16,987 bases of DNA from Bdellovibrionota bacterium (GCA_041740355.1 JBGSMD010000014.1:1-16987); one strand, 5' to 3'; numbered from the stretch's first letter, positions 1 to 9,062 are shown. Notes: generated by a model not told the origin, from the sequence alone. Made by a program: numbers and translations.

Positions 1-75
1 ACTAGTTGCTTTTTAAAGAAATCAATCTCTTAAAAAATTAAGAGGGAATTTTAATTAAAAAACAGGAGAAATATC

Positions 76-306
76 ATGGAAACAAAAAAACCAATCCACG
101 AAATAAAATCAGGCAGTATTAAAGCATCAATTTGGGAAAACAAAGGCAAAGATAAGTCCTTCTTCTCAGTTACGATTGTAAAATCTTACAAGAGTAAAAA
201 AGACAATGCTTGGAAAAATACAACTGCTTTTAATGATTATGACTTAGCAGAAATTCTAAAAGTCATTACAGACACTAAAGCATATTTAGGAGACAGGGCT
301 AATTAG
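76..306 (+). CDS. Small conserved-type protein, putative PC4-like ssDNA-binding protein
   Basis: AGGAG RBS at 64-68; pattern KPIHEIKSGSIKASIWEN...FSVTIVKSYK...WKNTTAF...DL resembles a widespread small beta-rich family seen on mobile elements; the function is inferred. Confidence 0.6.
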   Translation: METKKPIHEIKSGSIKASIWENKGKDKSFFSVTIVKSYKSKKDNAWKNTTAFNDYDLAEILKVITDTKAYLGDRAN

Positions 307-319
307 CCCTCCTTTTTTT
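295..319 (+). terminator. Intrinsic terminator overlapping the stop codon of ORF 76-306
   Basis: AGGGCT-AATT-AGCCCT (295-310) followed by CCTTTTTTT. Confidence 0.7.
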
Positions 320-343
320 GAAATTATATAAAGGATTATTACA

Positions 344-892
344 ATGAATAATTTATCACTTAAAACAAAAGAATTTAATTCAAACCCTAGTATTTATGTA
401 GCAAGTCTAAGTCATTACAATAATGGTGAACTTGTCGGTCGCTGGTTTGATTTAGTAGATTATCAAGATGGCGAACACTTATTAAAATCAATTAGTAGCT
501 ATATTTACGGACTCACTTGCTATGGTGAACAGTGCGAAGAATGGGCAATTCATGACTTTGATAACTTGCCTTTTAGAATCGATGAATACGCATCAACTGA
601 AACATTTAATAAACTGTATCAAGCAGTCGAATTATCTAAAACTTATGATATGGAGGCAATTACCGCCTTTGTCGCTTGCTTTAGTCAAGATGAATTAGAA
701 GGATTTGAAGATTGCTATCAAGGTAATTATGAAAGTGAATTAGATTTTACACATGAATACATTGAGAATAATTATGATTTAGATAAAATGATGGGGTCAC
801 TTTCCTGTTACTTTGATTATGATAGTTACTCAAATGATTTATTTATTAATTCATTTTCTTATCATAATGGTTACGTCTTTAGCAGGTATTAG
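344..892 (+). CDS. ardA: Antirestriction protein ArdA (DNA-mimic inhibitor of type I R-M)
   Basis: IYVASLSHYNNGELVGRW, EEWAIHDFDNLP, YQGNYESELDF, YFDYDSYSNDL motifs; very acidic; AAGGA RBS at 331-335. Confidence 0.93.
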   Translation: MNNLSLKTKEFNSNPSIYVASLSHYNNGELVGRWFDLVDYQDGEHLLKSISSYIYGLTCYGEQCEEWAIHDFDNLPFRIDEYASTETFNKLYQAVELSKTYDMEAITAFVACFSQDELEGFEDCYQGNYESELDFTHEYIENNYDLDKMMGSLSCYFDYDSYSNDLFINSFSYHNGYVFSRY

Positions 893-1440
893 TATCACTT
901 GCTAAGTTCTAAAAAATTAAGTCTCTCTTGCATGATTATTCTTAGGACCAAATCGAGTTTTTGAACTTGATGATATCTTTTACAACAATAGTCTATGCAG
1001 AAACAACGAACCTTGGAGTTTCTTTCCTTATCTAGCAATCCCACCTTGCTCATCTTATACTTCAACCGTATCCCTAGTAATTAACTCAGTTTTAATTTCC
1101 ATCGTATTTTAGATTTGCTTATTTGCAATGAAGATAAGACAATATCAGAAAAGATAGTAAGTTTCTCAACAATTCACGAAGGTGCGGACTTTATGATTTC
1201 TTATCTTATTGTCAGTGAGGTGTTTTAAGATCGTCAACTGCTGCAACACACAAACCTTTAACTTAAACTTGCAGAGTCCTGCTATGTAGTTCTCTGGGCA
1301 GACTTTATAGATGGTCGAGTGCCCCATAAAGCTAACGGAAGTTATATAGGCGAAGGTTTATAGCAGTTACAAGGGAGTTGCCTGCAAAGCTAAAAGACAC
1401 TAAAAATGTGACACGAATAATATAAAAAAAGAAAAGAAGT

Positions 1441-3834
1441 ATGATAAATAAAGTTGAAAATCTTGTTTCAATTGGAAAATTTCGAGACTATCGAGCACGT
1501 GGACAAGTCAATTTTAAAAAATTGACCTTAATATATGGCGAAAATGGGAGCGGAAAAACAACTTTGACTTCAGTGTTTCGCTCATTAACAGCCAATAATC
1601 CCGAAATCATTAGAAGTAGAATTTCCACAAATCATACGACAGCACAAGCTGCACAAATTACGGAATTCGCATCGCCAAATAATGTATTTCATACATTTGG
1701 TGTCAATGGTTGGTCAAATCTATTTCCAGAAATAGAAATATTTGACATTCATTTCGTCAATGAAAACATTTATTCAGGCTTTGACTTTAGTGATGAGCAC
1801 AGAAGACAATTGCATCAATTTGTAATCGGTGCTCAAGGAATTGCTATTCAAAATCAAATTGAACAAAATAAAATTGACAAAACAAATTCTAGACAAATTC
1901 AAACCAATATTGAGACGCAATTAATCCAACTAGTTGGTAGCAATCTTACACAGGATTTAATCACCTCCTTTCTTGATATTCCAGCAGCAAATGCAAATAA
2001 TATAGACCAATTAATTACAACTGCTGAGACAGTCTTGGCGAGTGCAAATGCAAGTGAAATAATACAAACGCTTCAACCACTTTCAAATCTTACGAGAATT
2101 TCGACCAGTATAGATTTTGTCTCTCTTATTTTCGACCTTCAAGCGACTTCTCAAACAATTCAAAACAAAGTATTAGAAATATTATTTGCTGAGCATTGCC
2201 AAGACTTATTGGCCAACAATATTGTCGGACCTGAAAACTGGTTACAAACTGGTTTCGCATATGTCGAAAATAAACAAGCATCAAATGAGCCTAATATTCC
2301 GTGTCCATTTTGCAAACAGAGTATTGATATGAGCTCTGATATTCTAAATGCGTATGCAAGTAAATTTAATGATGAATTTAATGAATTAGTACAAAGACTT
2401 CAAGCACACTTACAATTACTTCAAAAATTCAATATAGAAGCAACTCTCCAAGCAATAAACAATATCAATCAAACTAATACATCAAGAATCGCATCTTGGG
2501 CAACACATTTATCTAATACTGTTCAAGCACCAGTATTTAATATTATTGCTAACGAAGCTAATTTTAGAAAAGAACTTCAAGATTTAATTGTTTCTGTTCA
2601 ACGAAAAATACAAAATCCAACAGTAGCCGTGGCTACCGCCACCGCTACTGTTTTTCAAACTTCTGAGCAAGCCATAAATGCAAATATTGATGTGTATAAT
2701 CAAAATGTAGTTACTTACAATACTGTAATAACAACATTCCGTTCAAACATTCAAACTGTCACAACAGCACAACTTGAAGTAGATAGATTGAAAAGGATAA
2801 AAAATAGATTCGAAACACAAATTGAAACACTCTGCAATCAGCTTATCAATGAAAGGCAAAGATTAAGAGGGTTAGAAACTGCTTATACTCAGTTATCCCA
2901 ACAGCAACAAGCGGCAGCAACAACTTTCTTCAATACTTATCAAACTCAAATAAACCATTATTTGGAAAATGTTTTTAGAACGCCATTCCGTATTGATAAT
3001 GTTGTCCACATTGCACCACGAGGTAGGGCTCTTCAGAGTCAAATCAGTTACAAACTGACAATTGATGGCAATGATATTTCATTTACACAGAAGCAACCAC
3101 TTAATGCAAAAGAATGTTTAAGTGAAGGTGATAAAAGTACAATTGCACTTGCTTTCTTTTTATCAAAACTTGATATTGACCCAAATAAGCGAAACAAGGT
3201 TTTAATTTTTGATGACCCATTATCTAGTTTAGATACAAAGAGACGAACATATACAATTGGAATTATTAAATCTTTGTTTCAGCTATTAAAACAAGTTGTT
3301 GTTCTAAGTCATGATGAATATTTTCTTCACGAAGTTAGTAAGGATATTGCTGCATCAGAGAAATGCACCCTTCGCATTGCAGAAAATTTTACAGCAGGAG
3401 CCTCATATATTGAAGTTTGTGATTTAGAGGAACTGGTTAAAATTGACTACTTCAAAAATCTAGAAAGATTGGAAAAGTTTAGAAGCATTCCCGATATTAG
3501 CTTGAAAGATTCTGTTTTAGGTTGGCTTAGAAATGTTTTAGAAGCTCATCTTCGATTTAAGTTTTATAGAGAAATTCGTTCAATGACTGGCCAACCAACT
3601 TTTGGCAAACTAATTTCATTTTTGAATAGACTTCCAGTCACTTTTAGAGATAATGCTAATAGAAATGACATAATATCAAAACTCAATTTGATTAATGGTG
3701 TTTCTTGGAAATCACATCACGGAGACCCTACCCCTGACTATATAACATTAGGTATGAATCCAAATACCATTACGGCTTCAGAATTGAACAACTTAATTCA
3801 AGACACATTCGATTTGATTGAAAAGCGTTTATGA
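1441..3834 (+). CDS. RloC-like (AAA_13) ABC ATPase with coiled coil, zinc hook and C-terminal HEPN-like nuclease domain; putative anticodon nuclease
   Basis: Walker A GENGSGKT, zinc hook CPFC, signature LSEGDK, Walker B/D-loop IFDDPLSSLD, H-switch LSHD, C-terminal LRNVLEAHLRFKF...INGVSWKSHHG. Confidence 0.85.
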   Translation: MINKVENLVSIGKFRDYRARGQVNFKKLTLIYGENGSGKTTLTSVFRSLTANNPEIIRSRISTNHTTAQAAQITEFASPNNVFHTFGVNGWSNLFPEIEIFDIHFVNENIYSGFDFSDEHRRQLHQFVIGAQGIAIQNQIEQNKIDKTNSRQIQTNIETQLIQLVGSNLTQDLITSFLDIPAANANNIDQLITTAETVLASANASEIIQTLQPLSNLTRISTSIDFVSLIFDLQATSQTIQNKVLEILFAEHCQDLLANNIVGPENWLQTGFAYVENKQASNEPNIPCPFCKQSIDMSSDILNAYASKFNDEFNELVQRLQAHLQLLQKFNIEATLQAINNINQTNTSRIASWATHLSNTVQAPVFNIIANEANFRKELQDLIVSVQRKIQNPTVAVATATATVFQTSEQAINANIDVYNQNVVTYNTVITTFRSNIQTVTTAQLEVDRLKRIKNRFETQIETLCNQLINERQRLRGLETAYTQLSQQQQAAATTFFNTYQTQINHYLENVFRTPFRIDNVVHIAPRGRALQSQISYKLTIDGNDISFTQKQPLNAKECLSEGDKSTIALAFFLSKLDIDPNKRNKVLIFDDPLSSLDTKRRTYTIGIIKSLFQLLKQVVVLSHDEYFLHEVSKDIAASEKCTLRIAENFTAGASYIEVCDLEELVKIDYFKNLERLEKFRSIPDISLKDSVLGWLRNVLEAHLRFKFYREIRSMTGQPTFGKLISFLNRLPVTFRDNANRNDIISKLNLINGVSWKSHHGDPTPDYITLGMNPNTITASELNNLIQDTFDLIEKRL

Positions 3835-4055
3835 CAAATAACATAAATATTGTTAATAGCTGTTCAAGTTGCAAGCATATCCGCTGGATGATTGCTATCG
3901 GTTATGGACTAAGATGTGGTAATCCAAAGAATCAGGATAAGATTTTTAGAGAAGAGGAAAGAGATCCGCATCGTGAAAAAATGGGACCATTAGTACCATC
4001 AAGAGACTTTGCTTGTGAACACTTTCAAGAAAAAGAAGTTAAAGAGCTGGATTAA
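3831..4055 (+). CDS. Small Cys-rich, probably metal-binding hypothetical protein
   Basis: CSSCKH...RCGNPKN...ACEHF; ATGA overlap with the upstream stop codon. Confidence 0.6.
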   Translation: MTNNINIVNSCSSCKHIRWMIAIGYGLRCGNPKNQDKIFREEERDPHREKMGPLVPSRDFACEHFQEKEVKELD

Positions 4056-4220
4056 TTTTCTATTTTTTTTAATGATTGCCTCTGATATTAATTTAGAAAC
4101 TTTGCTTGGTAAATTTACCATAGTTAAATATTACATTTGTATAAGCGGACATAATTACCACCTCTTCCAATTTTGTACCGTTAGTACTAATTTTAAAGAT
4201 AATTAATAAAACAAGAACAT

Positions 4221-5486
4221 ATGAACGAAATTATTTGCCCAAATTGTAAAAAAGCTTTTAAAGTTGATGAAAAGGGATTCGCGGATATTCTTAAGCAAGT
4301 TCGTGATCAACAATTTGAAGAAGAATTACAAAATCGATTAAATCTTGCAGAGAAAGAAAAAGTGAGTGCTGTAAAACTAGCAGAAGCAGAGGTGAGAAAT
4401 GCTTTGCAAGCAGAATTAGGAAAGAAGGATAAAGAACTAACGACACTCAAAGCTCAAACCGACTTAGAGCTATCTGAAAAGCTAAATAAGAAAGAAGCAG
4501 AAATAGCACAACTAAAATCTAAAATTGAGAATGCGGAAGTTGCCAAAAAACTTGCTGTTAATGAGGCACTTCAAAAAGTGGAGAAAGAGCGAGATAATTT
4601 GGCTCATGAGTTAAATACCAAGGAATTAGAAAAACAAAATCTAGAAAGCTCTTTAAAGGAAAAATATTCAACAGAAATCCAAAATAGAGATGCAATAATC
4701 AAATATAAAGATGAGGAGATTATTCGTGTCAAAGATATGAAGCTAAAGCTTTCCACCAAAATGCTAGGGGAAACTCTTGAACAACATTGTGAGACCGAAT
4801 TTAATAAACTTCGCGCCACAGCTTTTCAAAAAGCTTATTTTGAAAAGGATAATGATTCCAAGTCAGGGAGTAAAGGGGATTTTATTTATAGGGAGATGGA
4901 CGAGGCAGGGAATGAAATTATCTCCATAATGTTTGAAATGAAGAACGAAGGGGATGAAACAGCAACAAAAAAGAAGAATGAAGATTTTCTAAAGGAACTA
5001 GACAAGGATCGTAATGAGAAGAAATGTGAATATGCGGTTCTTGTTTCTTTATTAGAAATTGAAAATGAACTTTACAATACTGGAATTGTTGATATGTCAC
5101 ACAAGTACAGCAAAATGTATATTGTTCGACCTCAATTTTTTATTCCTATTATTACCATCCTCCGTAATGCTGCTATGAACTCCTTGCAGTATAAATCGGA
5201 ACTTGCTTTGGTGAGAAGTCAAAATATTGACATTACAAATTTTGAAGAAAAAATGAACAAGTTTAAAGATGGGTTTGCTAGAAATTATGACTTAGCAAGC
5301 CGAAAATTTAAAGATGCAATAGACGGAATAGACAAAACAATCAAAGAACTGCAGAAGACTAAAGATGCTTTATTAGCGTCTGAAAATAATCTTCGACTTG
5401 CAAATGAAAAGACAGAAGACTTAACAATTAAGAAACTAACTCACGGCAATCCGACGATGAAAGCAAAATTCAATGAACTTGAATAG
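4221..5486 (+). CDS. DUF2130 family protein (N-terminal CxxC, long coiled coil, C-terminal putative PD-(D/E)XK-like domain)
   Basis: [17 protein letters not shown] start; [44 protein letters not shown] motifs. Confidence 0.88.
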   Translation: MNEIICPNCKKAFKVDEKGFADILKQVRDQQFEEELQNRLNLAEKEKVSAVKLAEAEVRNALQAELGKKDKELTTLKAQTDLELSEKLNKKEAEIAQLKSKIENAEVAKKLAVNEALQKVEKERDNLAHELNTKELEKQNLESSLKEKYSTEIQNRDAIIKYKDEEIIRVKDMKLKLSTKMLGETLEQHCETEFNKLRATAFQKAYFEKDNDSKSGSKGDFIYREMDEAGNEIISIMFEMKNEGDETATKKKNEDFLKELDKDRNEKKCEYAVLVSLLEIENELYNTGIVDMSHKYSKMYIVRPQFFIPIITILRNAAMNSLQYKSELALVRSQNIDITNFEEKMNKFKDGFARNYDLASRKFKDAIDGIDKTIKELQKTKDALLASENNLRLANEKTEDLTIKKLTHGNPTMKAKFNELE

Positions 5487-5589
5487 TTTCTTTATTGGCT
5501 CAAATGAGACTTTGGATGTCATGGGGAACGATACAGATAATATAGACTGTAATTATCCTAAGAATTAAAAACTGCTAGAATATTGGGGT

Positions 5590-6039
5590 ATGCAGAAAAT
5601 TGAAAAAATTCTTGTAATTGAAGATCAGAAAGGCCCGATTGGTGCAATTCAGTATGCACTTTCTCAGAGCTTACCACCTTTGAATCTAGATCCTGAGGTT
5701 AGGTATGTTACTAACTATACTGATGCAGAAAAAGAAATTGCGTCAGAGGAAAGATTTGACTTAATTCTGCTTGACCATAGGTTGCCAAGAGTTGATGTTG
5801 GAGATCTTGAAGATAGAGATATGAGAGCTTTCTCAGATAAGTTAGCAGATATTGGATACAACTTGATCCCAACTATTAGGACCCAGCAACCTCAGAGCAT
5901 AATTATTGGCACTTCTTCCATGAGAGATGAAATTGAGGGTCTAGAACAAATGCCTGATGAAAATATTGTTAAGAGTGATATGTACTTCCCTGAAAAAGAA
6001 TTTTCACCGTTGCTAAGAAGACTGGTCACAGGAGACTAA
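5590..6039 (+). CDS. Stand-alone response regulator receiver (REC) domain protein
   Basis: KILVIED acidic pocket, FDLILLDHRLP phospho-acceptor Asp, IIIGTSS, conserved Lys (IVKS); no output domain. Confidence 0.8.
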   Translation: MQKIEKILVIEDQKGPIGAIQYALSQSLPPLNLDPEVRYVTNYTDAEKEIASEERFDLILLDHRLPRVDVGDLEDRDMRAFSDKLADIGYNLIPTIRTQQPQSIIIGTSSMRDEIEGLEQMPDENIVKSDMYFPEKEFSPLLRRLVTGD

Positions 6040-6062
6040 CAAAAACTAAAAAGTTTATATTT

Positions 6063-7961
6063 TCACACACCAAAAAAATTCTTGATCAATGAAAAAAGAA
6101 CACCATCTTGTTTCTTTGGTTTTTCTTGTTGTGGGGACTGAAAGGGTTGCGTTGAACTCATAGTGTTAGTTTTAAATGAATCTTTTGGTTTTGAGGGGAA
6201 TATTGTCTCCCTTTGTTCATACAAAGAGGAGTATTTTCTCATCCTGTAGGAGCTTCCATTAAATAAAAACTTTTCTACATTTTCGGAGTAGGTGAGTTCT
6301 TTTTTCGCTCTGGTTAGAGCAACATATAAAATTCTTAGTTCCTCTTTGCTAATTGGTTGTTCTTCACCTTCTTTATCTTTTCTAACTGTTACATAGTCAT
6401 CAGCTAATCGAACACTATTCCACTCACGTCCTTTTACCTTGTGGGTTGTGCCGATAATGGTCTTTGCTGAGTTTTCATCCTGTTCACATGATTTTAGAGC
6501 CGTAAAAAGAGCTCCTAACCCAAGTTTACTCACTAAATTTACCAGTGTTAGTAGAGAGGCCCCATCTTCTGTCTTGCTGAAATCAATGACTTCATCCCAA
6601 TTGGAAAATCCAAATAGTTCAGGAGCATCAGTAGGAGTATTATTCTGAAGATCTCTAACTCCATAGAGGAGGTTTAGTAGCTCTCTGGTGCCACCTACCA
6701 CAGCAACTGATTTGTTACTATTTAGTTGCCCTAAAAGCTCTTCTATTAGTTTGAAATTTGTTCTACACAGAATAGCGTCAGCATTAAAACTACCGATAGT
6801 GCTATTGATACGCTGGTTTCCTTGAATCTTTTGCTTCTCTCCAAGTTTATTTAGAACTAATTGCGCAGTTTCAGCAATTGGCTGACCAAAACGAAAGCTT
6901 TGGGTAAGCAAAGAGGAATTGACCGTTTCAATTTTTTCCATTGCATTTACAGCACCTCGCCATTCGTAAATCTGCTGATGGCGATCCCCAACATAAATGA
7001 TTTGAGAGGACTGCTCGCCGAGAACACCCAATACTACAGGATTAGAATCTTGAGCTTCATCTAAAAGTATAAAATCAGCAGTTAATGTGGGCTTGGATAG
7101 TGCCCACAGTTTTAAGTATCCATCATGTCCCAAGGGAATTGGAGAGTAGGGATCTTTCATCTGATTCCAGAGAATGTGGGTTTTTTCCAACACAGCACAT
7201 TTTAATTGATTGGAATGAACTTCTGAAAGCATACCAATTGGCCCACTAGGACGTGGAATATGGTGTATAACAATACTTTCCTCAGCGCTATGTAAAAACT
7301 TATTTAGTGTTCTAAGAACAAGACCAGCAAATATTTTGGCTGGAATCTTTTGTGAATCAAAATAAAGAGGTTCAAGATTTAAATGCTGATTAACCGCGTT
7401 TACATTTAGAGAATTAGTTAGCTTAGCAGTATCACCCGAAAAGGAACGAGAAATATTACGATAAGCAAGGCTATGGGTAGTTCTACATTCTATCCTATTG
7501 GGAAATTTCGCTGAGGCATCTTGGGCAATAGATTTATTGAATGCCAGGTAAAGCCCAGAGCGATTTGTAGATTTAGCCATTTCTACTAAGGTTGAAGTTT
7601 TTCCAGCTCCGGCAAAAGCATTAACTTTTAGACTCTGATTCGTGCTGAAGAATTGGATTGCTGCATTTTGCTCATCAGTTAGTAAAAAACCATTGGTTTT
7701 AGGAACAGTTTTTTCGTAGATTAACTTGGAAGCACTAGTCCCATTTGTTTGGCTCTTATCATTAGAATTATTTGTTATTGCAGGGTGTCTACCTGAGATT
7801 GCTTCTAGAACCTTTTTCTCAAGATTTTTTGCTGCAGCAGTTTTACGAAAACTTAATTCATTCTTCAGATCTTCTAGTACTTGGATGTTTGATGTGTTGT
7901 CTGTAAACTCCGCATAGAGTTCATTTATGCCGTATCTAAAGTATTTGCGCGTATTCGCCAT
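6063..7961 (-). CDS. UvrD/REP-like superfamily 1 DNA helicase with N-terminal extension
   Basis: LTDEQ Q-motif, AFAGAGKT, LYLAFNK, ILLDEAQD, VGDRHQQIYEWRGA, LTQSFRFG, TTHKVKGREW, LYVALTRAK; AGGAG RBS upstream. Confidence 0.9.
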   Translation of the reverse strand: MANTRKYFRYGINELYAEFTDNTSNIQVLEDLKNELSFRKTAAAKNLEKKVLEAISGRHPAITNNSNDKSQTNGTSASKLIYEKTVPKTNGFLLTDEQNAAIQFFSTNQSLKVNAFAGAGKTSTLVEMAKSTNRSGLYLAFNKSIAQDASAKFPNRIECRTTHSLAYRNISRSFSGDTAKLTNSLNVNAVNQHLNLEPLYFDSQKIPAKIFAGLVLRTLNKFLHSAEESIVIHHIPRPSGPIGMLSEVHSNQLKCAVLEKTHILWNQMKDPYSPIPLGHDGYLKLWALSKPTLTADFILLDEAQDSNPVVLGVLGEQSSQIIYVGDRHQQIYEWRGAVNAMEKIETVNSSLLTQSFRFGQPIAETAQLVLNKLGEKQKIQGNQRINSTIGSFNADAILCRTNFKLIEELLGQLNSNKSVAVVGGTRELLNLLYGVRDLQNNTPTDAPELFGFSNWDEVIDFSKTEDGASLLTLVNLVSKLGLGALFTALKSCEQDENSAKTIIGTTHKVKGREWNSVRLADDYVTVRKDKEGEEQPISKEELRILYVALTRAKKELTYSENVEKFLFNGSSYRMRKYSSLYEQRETIFPSKPKDSFKTNTMSSTQPFQSPQQEKPKKQDGVLFSLIKNFFGV

Positions 7962-8028
7962 TTCAAAAAAACTCCTTGAAAATATGAGATGAAACTTAAA
8001 GCAAACAATAAGTCTTATAGAATCTAGT

Positions 8029-8136
8029 ATGAAAATGAAAAAAATACACCGTCATTTTTCATGTCTTAATAAGACAACTTCTCTCTATTCCCCCCGATAA
8101 CCTAACTAACAACTTTTAAATTTTAGTTAGGGTTAT
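8029..8136 (+). promoter_or_regulatory. Cluster of three inverted repeats upstream of ORF 8139, the last one covering its RBS region
   Basis: ATGAAAATGA(8029-38)/TCATTTTTCAT(8052-62); TGTCTTA-A-TAAGACA(8062-76); ATAACCTAACTAA(8097-8109)/TTAGTTAGGGTTAT(8123-36). Confidence 0.45.
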
Positions 8137-8138
8137 AA

Positions 8139-8381
8139 GTGAACAAACAGCAATCAAACAATCAAAAAGGCGTTAAGGTCTTATCCATTAAAAAATCAGT
8201 GGGGCAGGGGAAGAAATGTCTTGAAATCAAACTAGAAGCTGAAGAAAAACTATTTCAAGGAGCTGACTGGTTAGTCTCACTTGGGCGTCTTAAACCTTTA
8301 GAGGATAGCCTAAAAGATAACCTAAAGACTCTAGTCTTTAGTTATCTAGAAAGTGCTAAATCTGAACTAAAGGCTAGGTAG
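8139..8381 (+). CDS. Small hypothetical protein, possibly RHH-like; probable distant paralog of 9063-9272
   Basis: GTG start; strand-helix-helix pattern; gapless alignment to ORF 9063; shared upstream TTTTAGTTAGG. Confidence 0.6.
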   Translation: MNKQQSNNQKGVKVLSIKKSVGQGKKCLEIKLEAEEKLFQGADWLVSLGRLKPLEDSLKDNLKTLVFSYLESAKSELKAR

Positions 8382-8427
8382 TATAGTTCTTATAAAAAAT
8401 AACATTAACTATATACTCCAAGTTTTA

Positions 8428-8955
8428 TCATACATTATTGTATTTTGAATGATATTGCTTAATTACAGTCAGTAATTCAGAAAAATCAATCTTTAACTCT
8501 TGAGATGAAAATACAATAGGAGTTCCATATGTTTTATAATGGTTTTCATCCTTATCTCTCTGTGTAGGTTCTTTATCTTCCATATAACGATAAGGCTCGG
8601 TGACTTTCACAACAAGAAAACTGGTCTTATCTTTTTCCACAACCTCGTAACTTATTATTTCAGACCATGGGATTTCTCTAGCTAGGCTACAACAAGTATT
8701 ATCTAAAATACCTGAACTGTTAAATGTAAGGGCAGGAGTCTTATTAAATAGTTTTTTTAACAGGTAAGCACCTAAGAGTCCGTATAAAGCAATCGCTACG
8801 TAAGCAGTGCCACGTTGATATCCAGAGATGCCATCACTAGATAAGAGTAGAGTCCCAAGCCCAACAATAAGGAATGCTATAAAAGTCGTTATGGTAATTC
8901 TCCCTTTCTTCAGCGCCACTACTTTTTCATCATCAGAACTCATATTATTTTTCAT
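8428..8955 (-). CDS. STM3941-like membrane protein (two TM helices plus PH-like cytoplasmic domain)
   Basis: Two hydrophobic segments followed by PALTFNSSGILDN, IPWSEI, YGTPI, LKIDF motifs. Confidence 0.72.
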   Translation of the reverse strand: MKNNMSSDDEKVVALKKGRITITTFIAFLIVGLGTLLLSSDGISGYQRGTAYVAIALYGLLGAYLLKKLFNKTPALTFNSSGILDNTCCSLAREIPWSEIISYEVVEKDKTSFLVVKVTEPYRYMEDKEPTQRDKDENHYKTYGTPIVFSSQELKIDFSELLTVIKQYHSKYNNV

Positions 8956-9062
8956 CTACGTAACGTTCTAAAATATCATAATATTATAATCCTAACGCAA
9001 CAATTACATATTTTCTCCGATTACTCAGTATTACCTTTTATTTTTAGTTAGGAGAGAGAATT

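Noticed and set aside
917-1102. Possible minus-strand gene remnant (MEIKTELITRDTVEV*DEQGGIAR*...)
   Set aside because: Multiple stops and no recognisable family
3836-3863. dif-like site AAATAACATAA-ATATTG-TTAATAGCTGT
   Set aside because: Only one arm resembles XerD; lies within a plausible CDS; no convincing partner site
4009-4206. 65-aa plus-strand ORF
   Set aside because: Non-ATG start, overlaps the Cys-rich ORF, no motif; likely spurious AT-rich frame
4604-5100. Minus-strand ORFs 4604-4819 and 4918-5100
   Set aside because: Antisense shadows inside the DUF2130 gene
6439-7917. Plus-strand ORFs 6439-6648, 6861-7064, 7726-7917
   Set aside because: Antisense shadows inside the helicase gene
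8990-9053. TCCTAAC...GTTAGGA as a canonical integron attC
   Set aside because: Ends are complementary but the interior does not form the L-box stem; no integrase
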